Shown here: positions 23,817 to 35,820 of the stretch, one piece after another
Layout of the letters: each line of letters starts with the position of its first letter
How positions within the stretch are numbered: the first letter of the stretch is position 1
NCBI GenBank assembly: GCA_965644265.1
Contig: OZ286466.1
Coordinates: forward strand, 29,698,001-29,762,000
Reading direction: 5' to 3'
Origin: Glycera tridactyla
Lineage: Eukaryota
Length of the DNA: 64,000 nt
Position numbers and translations under genes: made by a program
The notes under the pieces: generated by a model
Told to the model about the DNA's origin: nothing
The model's database searches: none
Seen by the model: only the letters and a program-made list of their open reading frames with translations

Positions 23817-25452
23817 CATGCAAGCCAACATATCAGGAATTATCTCAACTCACTCACACACACTGAACAGGACATCGACCGTGAAAATGATCACATGGGA
23901 TATACACGGCTCGACACGGCGCCATTGGCGTTGGTGCTCATTCAACTTGGATGAATCTAAATCTGTTCTAGGAGTTTATGCAAATGACACCGTGCTTCCA
24001 TGTTTGGCCATCTCCCATCCATCATCCTTATCGGAATCATGCACCGATGACCCCCACCACCTTGATACTGGGCTCCAAGCATTGCCCAAGTTGGTTCAAT
24101 ACCAAAATTTGGACGATGACTATGGAGCTTCCTGCAGATGTGAAAATTCTGGCACTGGATATTCCAACACAAGTAGCGTTCTTCAGACTTCATTTTTATT
24201 TCTCACAAACATCTATTGTTCAGAAATATGACAGGTTGTTAGCCAATCCCATTTCTCGAGAAAGTAACCACAATTTCTTTCAAATAATCTAATGATGCCC
24301 TAAGGTTATTCACACATTTTTGGTAGAGTATATGAACTTCAGCTGACCAGAGATCTAGAAAAGATGTTGTTAAAGTTTCATCATTTCACTATCCTTAATG
24401 GACCACTGAAAGTTCTTCAAATTTACAAATCTTCGAAAAAAAGCCAAATGAGGTTGTTTGAAGGCTGGTCATTCATTTGTAGAGCTGGAGTTCAGGCATC
24501 AATGTAGGAGTTGTCACAAATTATTGTGATACATACAGGCAGATATAACACTGCAGGATTCTTAATGGAGCTCAGCTCTTTATAAATCACTATGCTCCCC
24601 AACCCCATCCTCATCATCTTCACCTTGTGAATCAAACAGAAACATGCAAGCATCTACTACGTCACTAGCGACTAGTTATCAAACACGCCATCTGTCCCAG
24701 ATGAAATTCTTCATAACAGTCTGGCAACCGCCGGGAACAAAGAACGTCATCGATGACACTGCGCAGGCGCCACTGATGAGATCGAGTATGGAGAGAGCCA
24801 TCTTGCGGTAAAAATACAGCAGCAGATCAAAGGTTAACGCAGAATTTATAACGGCGGAGGCGAACGTTGCGTGTTCACGGAGCAGGCATCTTGCTGCAAC
24901 CCAGTTGTCGTTGTTGTTGTTTTCATTGTCGGCGGCGGGGTGTCCGTAGTAGAGTGGTGCAAGCGAATTAGATTACCACTGGTAGTGAGGCGGCGAATCA
25001 TTCACTCATTGATTTCATTATTCCTCTCCGTTCTCCACCGACCAAAATCGTCCACCAATGACTTCCCTCTTCATATTGATGACAGCATCAAATACAGCCA
25101 TGAATGAATCAAACAAAATCGATTTTATGATTGGACAATTACGACAGACCACAATGTTGGATTATTTTATAATTCATCGATAATATACACAGGCCTTGTT
25201 TATTTGCACTCACAAATGCTTGTATATAGGCAGTGAGAAAGGGGTCAACATCCAGCGCAGCAGCCAGGCATCTTGGGAAGGAGAAACCCATGCCTGAATG
25301 AGAACTATTTGCCATGCCAGATACGAATGCATGGCAACCAACTTAACCTCATCCTCTCCTTGTGCGCTGATAGCCAACAAAATTATAATGAAATCTGGAC
25401 CAGATATGAATCAATAATGTCTCTTCACTGCCACTTCTATTCTGTCTGTCTG

Positions 25453-25454
<2 letters not shown>

Positions 25455-25526
<72 letters not shown>
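25455..25526. repeat. (TG)36 microsatellite
   Basis: 72 bp of uninterrupted TG. Confidence 0.97.
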
Positions 25527-25527
<1 letters not shown>

Positions 25528-26942
25528 ACATGCATGCAGGATTTGCTAAATTGGGGATATTTGTCACTCACATTTGAGAAGGTAAGGGCATTTCTCCATG
25601 AATTCTTCCAAAATAGGCGCAATCAATGTGGAAAGTGCAACCTTCTCGCTGATTTGGGGCCATCATTTCTCTTGATTCTCTTGAAAGAAGGCCAATGCTG
25701 TACAAAATGCCCCCATGCCCCCTCGGGATTCAAATTTGTACATGTGTGAGCATCATGCATGTTAACCTTCACTGACTGAAAGTGACCTCTATATGAAGTA
25801 AATCAGATGCTATATTGATCAAAATCATCGCTGACCAATGCAGTGCATCATGAAGTTTCCTTTCAGCAGGTTTGCCTACACGCACAGGCATGTTTGCATG
25901 CATATGGTGATAAACTCACGGAGGGTACCCGTCAAAAATTGTCAACAATGGCCACGTGGATTGTCAACTAAACAGCAGTAGTGCAACCAGTCCGGGACGA
26001 CCAAACTGATGTTTACCATTACAATTGAAGGTATTATCCCATGCCAAGCAAGTCAATAGCACCAAGTGAATTGCAGTCGCAGAGAGCAGACCATCTCACT
26101 GGCAACAATATCAACAAACTACTGGCGAAGCCGCAAAAACCTGCATAATATTGTCAACCGAGGGCTCCACTTGAATCCCTGTACCCAGTTAACCCATGCA
26201 TTGGTAGGGGAAAAAAAATGCCCTAAACACCCAAACAATGAGTTGAGCTGAGGAAATTTGACCCTAATGAAATTGGGCGACATTATCAACTGCAAATCCT
26301 GGGCAGGTCAATAGTAGTGCATGAAATGAAAGGTCATGGTTGACCCTCAGGGGGCAGAAATTTAAATTCAACCCACTCATTGGCTCCTGAAATATGTGAC
26401 ACATCCACACTACTTCAGGAAGAGACTGATCCACATTGTAATGCCCCATCATCGCCAGCAACAAAGATAAACTTCATAGAAGTAAAATTTATTACAAAGA
26501 AAACGACAATCGTTTTTCGAATACAATTGCACCTGTGTTTCTAGGGCAGACGCAGCTCTTTGGAATCCATGGCAGTCGTTCATATGCTACCCAGGCGAGT
26601 GACAACACGACAAAAACCAACCATCGAATCAATGTTTCCATGAAGCTGCTGCTAACGACCATCATTATTTTCCAATTATCCCATCAAGAACATTTACCAT
26701 CGGTGGATGCACGACAGATCAAGTGCAAGCATTCAAACACAGCGACGTGATGACCGCGGTTTTATCGACGTTCACGCTCGATTACCCGTGCCGCTGGATG
26801 ACAAGTCAACACGAAACTGTGAATAAGTTATAGCAATACACTTGGAACTGGGTCAATGACTCGCAAGAACTGACCCTCACTATCTCTGCATTTTTTCTTT
26901 GAATATCATCTACACTGTATGTATCTACACGGCATCATGCTA

Positions 26943-27105
26943 CAGTGAGACATGTGATGAGAGACCCCCGACAAGAGACCATCTTTGACAAGAGACTGCT
27001 TCAGTGAGGCACCTCACTAATTTGACTGTAAAATATACCTCCAACGAGACCACATCTTCTGAGAGACCACTTCTTTTATGACATTTAGGGTGGCTCCTTT
27101 GCCCG
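26943..27105. mobile_element. 3'-truncated pogo/Tigger-like CAGT MITE
   Basis: ta|cagtgagacatgtgatgagagacccccgacaagagacc matches the reverse complement of the right end of the 58499-58669 copy. Confidence 0.7.
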
Positions 27106-28497
27106 CCAACTCCCATCACACATCACAAGAACTAGTTAGGATCATTTATTTGTGGTATGTGATAGTATATTGGCTATAGGATGGCAGGTATGTAATTGGC
27201 TCACAACAGAACCCCTTAAAATCCTGCAGCTCCTATCATCAAGTTTTTGAACCATCCAAACTCTTAACCACCAGCATCAACCAGGGGATGGAATGATACA
27301 GGACTGGCTCAAGGAACATACTTGTTCAATCACCATTAAATCAATCATCTTGAAACCGAAAGTCTCAGCCTTTTATTCATATTATATTGGGCTATGTATG
27401 TCCTCAAAATCACGGAGATCAGTGGATCCATACGAATCTCACCTCCAAGATGATCAATGACCGAGAATTGTTGCTACAAAAATCACATGGCCTTTGGCAG
27501 AATCATGGCTTGTTTAGTTGAGCAGTGAGAGAAGCTGAAAACCTGACCTCTACAATTGAAGCTGAGCTGTGCGGGGAGACAGAGATGACGTCATATTCGT
27601 ATGAATCGTGATCGCTCGCCGGTGCAATCTATAAAAGCTGGCCGACCCTGACAGAAACCAGCGCTACGAATGTCGTCATATCGCATTGGTTTCCTAGTCC
27701 GGTCGATGTGGTGCCCGCAGGCGTAATTGGCAATTTGCTCGACGAGCCAGTGAGCAGCCTTCTCACGCCCACTTCACTGCTATTACATTTTCCATTACGA
27801 TCTGATAATGCCCAGAAACATATTAAACAATCCGAAATGTGTGCCGCAATCAGATTATTGTAAGAGATACGAGACAGGCGCTGGATCATGAATGCATGCG
27901 GCGGTGTGCGACGAGCGCCAAAACAATACCGCTGAAAACCCTTTTCCCCTCGGGTCTGGATGTAGCTATGTTCAAAAACAAAAATCTATATGTCTCATGT
28001 TATAACTCAGATACATCCAGCATTCAATCCATACTGAAAGCTGATGGCACAGTTCAATTCTAAATCATCATTTTCCGTGCCTTTCTTTAGTATTCATCAT
28101 CAATAATATCAATCCACACTCAGCCACCTGATTTTCAATGTCCTTCCGTTGAGTCTGCATGCATGCAACTTCGGTTGAAACAAAGTCATCTTTTTATTTT
28201 TTTCTTACAACACTCACCATCTCATGCCACCATATTTCTTCCTTTCGCTCCTTTTTCAATCAGAGTACCGCGTGCAAGCACACAAAATAGAACACATCAA
28301 AGCACTGAAGTATAACTTTTGTAGGTGATTTTGAACACAAATCTCCAGAATATTGTAGTCATTCAGGCTGGGATATAAATGGATGAATGGTGATGGACAA
28401 ATAATGGACATAATTTGGCAAGATAATTACAGAAGTTCTCCAAGTCCAATCAGATCCCTGTCTCTTGTAACGAGCCTCAATCATTGGTCCGCTGGAG

Positions 28498-28542
28498 AGG
28501 TCACTAACTAGGTTGAAGGTCAACCAACTAGGTCACTGACCT
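28498..28542 (+). promoter_or_regulatory. cluster of nuclear-receptor half-sites including a perfect IR1
   Basis: AGGTCA at 28498-503, 28517-22 and 28530-35; AGGTCA-c-TGACCT at 28530-42. Motif match only. Confidence 0.35.
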
Positions 28543-28861
28543 CATTAACCAGATTTGCCTCCTGCAAAGATGGCTAAAATATCAGCAATCTGTCCAGTAG
28601 GCAATCAGGGTGAGACATATTGAGCCATGTGAGGGCCCCCAGGCCCGCCAGGCCCATTGCAGGACCAATGTAATCAACGTTCTGGACAATCTGATCAGGC
28701 ACGAAAAATTCAATGATGCGATATGCTGATCGGAAGGGGGAGTGTAGCGCAGCATTAGACTGGAGTCTACACTAATCCAATATGTGCCCCTTAGACCTCA
28801 ACCTTCTTGCATTCAGCATGCATGGCTTGCATTCTAGCTCCACATTTTTTTATTTTTTTTC

Positions 28862-29390
28862 AAGGTTTAACAGCATGTATCCACCCATGGGTTATTTATG
28901 CCGTGTGTTCCTGGTTGATGAAAGCTAGATGTTCTCTCCCCTGCAGAAATCACTCTCACAAACCCTGAACACAAGTTGATGTGGAACCTGAAAGGTTATC
29001 AAGTGGAAGTAGCTGACAGTTCAGACACACCTCTACCTAATCTGAACATACCTAATAAACATTTGATGGCATATCTATCATATTTGCACAGACTACATTC
29101 TGCATATCACATGCTGGCCTACTGGGTGCATTTCCCAGAACTCAAATTTCACCCATGCAATGATTGATTGAGCAAAGTTTAGTGGCATGTATCAACCTGA
29201 ACAAATACACATGCCCGATTTCCTGATTGATTGGTTCAAGTTTGAAAGCATACATCAAGCCAAAAGGAGGGTGCTCTGCCCTTGGTAGGCATCACTTTCA
29301 CGAACCCCAAACACAAAATGAGGTGGAGTTAAAAGATTGTCAAGTGGAAGTAGTCAGGAGTTCAGAAGCACCTCTCAAAATATTACTTCA
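28862..29390 (+). repeat. two diverged tandem copies of repeat R1 (about 330-bp period)
   Basis: aaggttatcaagtggaagtagctgacagttcaga versus aagattgtcaagtggaagtagtcaggagttcaga; both are preceded by gttta..gcatgtatc and atcact(c/t)tcac blocks. Confidence 0.8.
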
Positions 29391-30536
29391 ACCCGGCATG
29401 CTCTTCATGTTGAGAAGAGAAAAGTGACAAATAGATATAGGTGTTCGTTATCAACAGATTAGCATGATTGAATCGAGAGTTTGTGCAAGAAGGTCTGAAT
29501 GAGTTTTTTGCGCATAGTGTTGAAAAGACAAATTCGTGGACTTGCTTTGTATCCTCATTCTATTGTGCTGCGGTGATAATGGCGTCTAGTACCCCACACT
29601 GGCCCCTAAATGAGTGTGTCAACATATACGCCGTGGCCATCAACCACAATTTCGGCAGCGGCCACATTCTTGTGACAAAAACTTGCGCGGTGCAGCAACG
29701 TGCAAAGTGGACAGTTGATAAAGAAGCACCAATTAGCGCGAAGTGTCGGCGGACAGACGAGAGTGGCGAACCTCTTCCAACCCTGTATCTATTATTAACA
29801 CGTGGTCATTCAATCATATTATCATTCCTGCAACCGCCTGAGCCACGGCAAATTCTTTTTTATACCAAGTGCTTGTAATCACAGCCACACCCAGATTTTG
29901 ATTATGCACTGCGGCCACTGAACTAGAACCAGATTTCTGAACAAAATTGTAATGATTTCGAAGCTAGTAAGAAAATGAATCCACATGGTGGTCCACCATG
30001 AATGCGACAAAAAATGATGAATTCATCAATTGCGAATATTGAGCAAATGATCATGGGTGTGTGAACACAACTGGTTATCATCCACTGTTGTCATTAGCAA
30101 CAGACATGAAAAGCGAAGTGTTAATAATTAACACGCTCATACTGAGAACGAGTGTGAACCAGCAACAATAGATGGGTGTGACTACATCCGCAGGTTTAGA
30201 CTAAGTCCTTTTCACACCTCTTGATGCAACATTCACACCTCTGGAAGATACATTTGTGCAGATGAATTATGCAGATCAGCTCTATTAACAGCCTTCACTA
30301 TCAGCTGTCCTCAAAGCAGGACTCACCACCATCCAATTGTTTGCTTTGATGGTAGATCATGTCTCTCCATTGCCATGAATGGGCTATATTGAGATGTGTT
30401 TTGAATGTCAGAAAAACTGTGATCAGTGGCACTTCTTGTTCGAGGCACCAGGGATTGGTGAGGTTTCAAGGTTGAAAGCTCACATGGCTGGTTGAGGTTC
30501 AATCCATTGAATCAAGTGTTATTTCGTAGGAGTCCA

Positions 30537-30538
30537 CA

Positions 30539-30574
<36 letters not shown>

Positions 30575-30575
30575 C
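30537..30575. repeat. (GCAC)n microsatellite
   Basis: About 9 units. Confidence 0.95.
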
Positions 30576-30889
30576 ACCACTCCATCATCTTCATCACAGG
30601 CAGACATCTGCAAAACAGAAGCTGCACCCAGCATTCTTAACACTGGCACACACACCACCACAAAAACCCAGAATGTACCTGGCTGACCCACTTGGCTCAC
30701 CAAAGCAAGGTCGACAGTTCTAATCTTAGTCTGGTCATGCAGCCATCATTAGTCCAGTTTCCATGACCTTATCTCTACACATGACTCAACTTATTCCTGC
30801 AACTTCCCAAAACACAAAACCAACATAAAACACCAGAGTTGCCAATTCCAAGGATGCTAAGATAACTGTCCTACACCCACAGGACATGG

Positions 30890-31015
30890 ATGATGTTGAT
30901 TGGTGGTGATGATTGATTAATTGATTGATTTATTGACGATGACAACAATGAGAACAATGATGATGATGATAGTGAGGGGGCGGTAGAGATGATGATGATG
31001 GTGATGATGATGACG
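30890..31015. repeat. degenerate (GAT)n/(GATT)n simple repeat
   Basis: gatgatgatgat and gattgatt runs. Confidence 0.85.
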
Positions 31016-32709
31016 CAGACATGTAACAATCACAGCTTGTCAACTAGAGCAGCAGTGAAGCATGGCTATGCAGCGTTCCTGACGCGACCTCCGCGAGATA
31101 CATATCGATCCACCGACAATGTTTTCAATGATGGATTTTAAAAATCACATCACCCCTTGACAGATGACCTACATTGATTCATCTCATTGACAACAATCAT
31201 GGCGGGGAGCCATCAAAATTTCAAATCTGGATGCGATGCATTAATACACCTACTCAATGAGTTCATAATTTCCAGGCAAAAAATCGGATCAATAATGTAT
31301 TGGAAAAACAGAACTGTGATGTTCAATATTCAGGAGCTTCTCAGTCAATAGCTCTCTTTAAATTTAGCAAGTGTGGGTGTGAACAAGCTAGTGGAATAAA
31401 TATGGTTATCACAACAAAGCAAAATTACAGATGCAGTCTGACCTGTCCTAAGCAGCCAACACCACTGAGCAGCCATTTACGAATTTCCTATCAGAGTTGC
31501 TATATGATATTTTGCCATCGAAACAGACACTTTTATCAATGATCACATATAATGTACCACATATTCAATCTATTTGTGCAAATAAAAATGATGGGGGGGG
31601 GGGAGAGACAATCATTAACAGAAGTTTGGAAGGCTCTACTGGAAAGTTGAGCAAAGCGCCATCTTTCTGTAAGTCAACTTCCCAATTAGACACTTCATAT
31701 GATGCAGAAGCGGCACTAATCAGAAGCCTGAAGACTGTGAGATGGAGGACAAGTCGCAAAATTGTGCTAATAAATGCATGCGTCAGCCGATTAAAAGCGA
31801 ATGTTTAATCAGGTATTCAATACATCGTGCATGTGGTGACAAGAGATCCTCTAAAGCCAGGTGTAACCATGGATACGGCTGAACAGAAGAGAAATAAACC
31901 ATGGGATATCAGTTTTGAAATATATCACGGAGGAGATATTGAGATGATTCATGAAAGGAGAAATATGTGGTAACAACCACGTGGGGAGGGGGGATGACGG
32001 CTTTTGATGACCAAAATTGGTAATGATGGCAATAATGGGGGCAGTACTTGCATTCATCAAATAAGAGGATCAGGAGTTTCCAGGAGTGATGTTTATGTGC
32101 AAAAATGCCACAACATCACTGGTCCAAGTGCCTCTGAATTACCACCACCCAAGTAGCAATAGTCATATAATTGGGTCTGCTGAGGAGGTGAGGGTGAAAA
32201 AACATCCTGCAAAAAGAGGCAACAGTGAACAAATGAAAAACATGCTCAGCGTAACTGCGGGGCATGTTCTACAGAGGCAATCGTTGCCTGCGTAGCAGAG
32301 TAGCTCATATATTACCATCGAGAAATCCCCCGCGTCCCAACCAGTGCCAGGCACTGCTTCCTCTCACATGCTGCACTGCATAAAACTTGGCCGAGGCCCT
32401 CTAGTGGTGCGCCCATGATTAACGAGAGTTGTCATTTCATTTTCGCGGTCATCATGCGCAGCTGAGTTGCAATGGTACACTCGGGTGATATTAGGCCTAT
32501 GACAGGAATGTGACGTCAAAAGAACATGAAATGACAGCACCCACATGACACGGCATCTGCTCACGTGATGAGATTTTCTAGAAAAGCAAGGTCACCCGAA
32601 GAATCGTCAGCTCTCCACTCACATCATCCTTCTTATATGAGGTTCTCATTATTTTGGAACCTACAACTCATGAAAATTGTCAAAACAGGCAAACCCTGAT
32701 GCCTGCAAG

Positions 32710-32770
32710 GTCTGTCTCTTGCAGGCATCACTCTCACATCCCCTGGACACAAGATTGTTAAGACAGTTAG
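32710..32770 (+). repeat. fragment of repeat R1
   Basis: tctcttgcaggcatcactctcacatcccctggacacaag aligns to ctcccctgcagaaatcactctcacaaaccctgaacacaag at about 28937. Confidence 0.6.
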
Positions 32771-33793
32771 GAATCCAGCCATTCAGAGCCAGCAGGGTGC
32801 TGGATGAGCCGGTATTGGTACCGGATCTGCCACCATACAAAAGATGCACCAATAGCATTATACTTCCAACAAGGACATGGATCTCAAAAATGACAGGTTG
32901 TGATGAATCATTGGGGTGATACCATCAACAAAGAAGACGTCAAAGAATCAGAATTCCAGACGAAGGATGTCGAGTTTCGAAAGAGAGTGAGTCAAGCGCG
33001 AATGATCTGTTTGTTGGAGGTTGTTGGGTCACGGTTGTGGTGATGTTGAGGCCATTCGATGATCTCAAAGCGACCCACCACCCATCAAACGGCAGAATCC
33101 CACGCAGTGTTATCAGTGAGAGTCAACTGACAGTTATGATAGATGGGCGCAGGATATTATCTCGAGAAATTTGCCACAGCCAGAGCTGAAGCATCGAAAC
33201 GAGTCGTCGTCGTCATCGCTGTTCATCGATTGAGTTGGTGGGCCCAGGCGGCGATGATCCTGTGGATTGTAAGACTGTACACATCAAGTCTTTTTCACTA
33301 CTCTTGCTAGGATATATCTAACAGAGCCAACTGACTTGCCTCATTACAGTTCCCCCAGCAAATGGCAAATGGTTAGCCAACTGAGCTTCATTGTTATCCT
33401 ACAACTTACCACCTTTCTTTGATTTTGAACATCTAGGTATCATCAGGGAGCTTATATTTTGCACCTTACCCATTAACAGATGATGTAAATGTTAATCAAA
33501 TAATAGACCTTGGTTTTGCTGGCAGAATCATCGATGACACTGTCACTCCCCAAAAATTTGTATAACCACACAGCTTCTGGATCAAATACAGCAAAGCTCT
33601 GTTTACAACTATGGAACTCAATTCACAGAAGTTCAATCTCGAAGAAATGTTACTCAACTGAACAGAATTTCCTCAATTCCGATCAAGATTCCCAATATTT
33701 ATTAAATTCTCTGAAGATTAACATCAGTGCATGATAACTTGGTACCCATATCCTTCGTTCTAATGTGAGCAGTTGGACCAAACATGATGCAAG

Positions 33794-33817
33794 CCCCCCC
33801 CCCCCCCCCCCCCCCCC
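33794..33817. repeat. poly-C run
   Basis: 24 consecutive C. Confidence 0.95.
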
Positions 33818-35679
33818 AACACACACACTAAATGACATCATAGCCCGTGGGAATCAGGGATAATAGAAAAGGAGGGAGTCGGACACATGCTGGGAGAGTG
33901 TCAACAACATGGGGGTGTGCAGTACTTCATTCTAAGCCAGGTTTCACAGCTCAGAAACCAGACAATGATGGAAACCAAACAATGGTGTGAGGTGATGATC
34001 ACAACCTCTTTCTCTCTTTCCTCAGCCTCAATCATCTAGTTTGTAGCTGCCTCGATAGGGATGGCACCCATTGGCTTCCAACACTGCAGACCCAAATGCT
34101 GCTATAGTTGGCCCGGCCATCACTACATAGCCAACTATGGTCTGGATGATTGAGGTTAGGCACCATTATTGCCAACAGGGGCCACAGTGCAGGAGGCTAC
34201 AGTCTCCATGGAATTGTCAGGATAACTGAGGTTTCCTTGAAGAGAACAGCCTGTACTCACAATGCGTGAAAAACAAGATGAACATGAGCAAATTACAACC
34301 ACCACCACACTGCCTATTAATCCCCTGGTATAGATTCAATTCTAAACGGTAAAGCAACCAAAGCTGAATGAATTTAAACATCTCACAGAGAACAAACTTC
34401 TCTGAATAGAGACGGAAAACTTGCTAGTTAGAATTCCCCCATCCATACAGTGGTAAAGCCAGAACTAAAAGCCAGGACAGGTTAGTTCTACACCATGTAA
34501 ATACATCACATAATGTGTCAGATAATCCCAGAAATGTACAAACTCAGGTTGTAACTGACTCTTAATTATCACTGATCTTGATCAATGACAGACCGGCATG
34601 GGAAAACTTCATATGGGATGATTTTTCTAAATTCTTTCTGTAAGTTATACTGGATGAGAAGCTAATGAAGAGAGACATATATAGAGGGATGCTACGTATC
34701 AGTTCAGGGAACGAAGGCGATGATGACGACGTCAACAACAATGGAATCAGAACAAAACTAAACACAACAGATTCATCATCCGGCAACACCAGCAATCCAA
34801 TTTCCAGCTTTCACGCCGACCTCGACAAAATTAATCACACAGGCAAAAAGACCCCATCTCATTTCATATGACATACAAATCATACAAACATTGCTATACC
34901 AACTTCAACAATGCCACAGAGGACACAGACACACATAGCAACCACATGCCTGTGCCTGCTCTCCTGCTCCATGGACGATGATCGGCATCAGAGAATACTG
35001 ATAAAATAAAGCAAAATCGGAATGAACATTGGAAATTACCCTCATGACTGACAGAAGCATGTCAAAACAGCTGAGGCACAAATTCTGTTTCCAGAGATGC
35101 AGATGTAATAGGGCGAAATACTTGAAAAATTAAGCGAAATGAAACAAGATAAAAACCAAACATATAGTATCTTAAAATATGATGGGAAAGAATTGAAAAT
35201 ATAATTTGCATTAGAGAATTCATATTTCCATTATGCTGCTGAATTTCCTAACTAATGAAATCTTTATCTGAATTTTCTTATTCGGCTAGTTTTTTAATAA
35301 TGTTTTCTTCATTTTGGCGTGAGTGTACAGCAGGTGAGTGTATGCAGGACTGCATATGGCTGGTATGGCAGCATAAATCATGTAGGCCCGGTTGGGATGT
35401 GGGCTGAGACCGTGATTGGCTGCATAAACAGTGCTGGGATTTATGATATATATCTGGCCACTGGATGCTGCATATTGCCAGCCAGATAAAGAGCTTTATG
35501 CGCATAGATTGTGTATCAGGTTTCCACATCTGGGCCGCTCACTGCTCACTGCAGGCCAACGGCTAACTATGGTCAACAGCGGGAGGCTCTAATGCGATCT
35601 GCAGGACCCTACTGGGCCCACAGGACATCTGAGGCCAATACTCCAGCAGGTAGAGAACGGCTGAGATTTGTTTCCTGAG

Positions 35680-35820
35680 AGGAGAGAAAGAAGAGAGGGA
35701 GAGACGGATGGAGGGAAAGGAAGGGAGGGAGAGAGGGAGAGAGACGGACTGAGCACAAGAGGGAAATGAATATATACAGAGAAAGAGGGAGGGAAACAGA
35801 CAGACAGACAGACAGACAGC
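35680..35820. repeat. GA-rich tract plus (GACA)n
   Basis: gagaggagagaaagaagagagggagagacgg... then acagacagacagacagacag. Confidence 0.85.
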
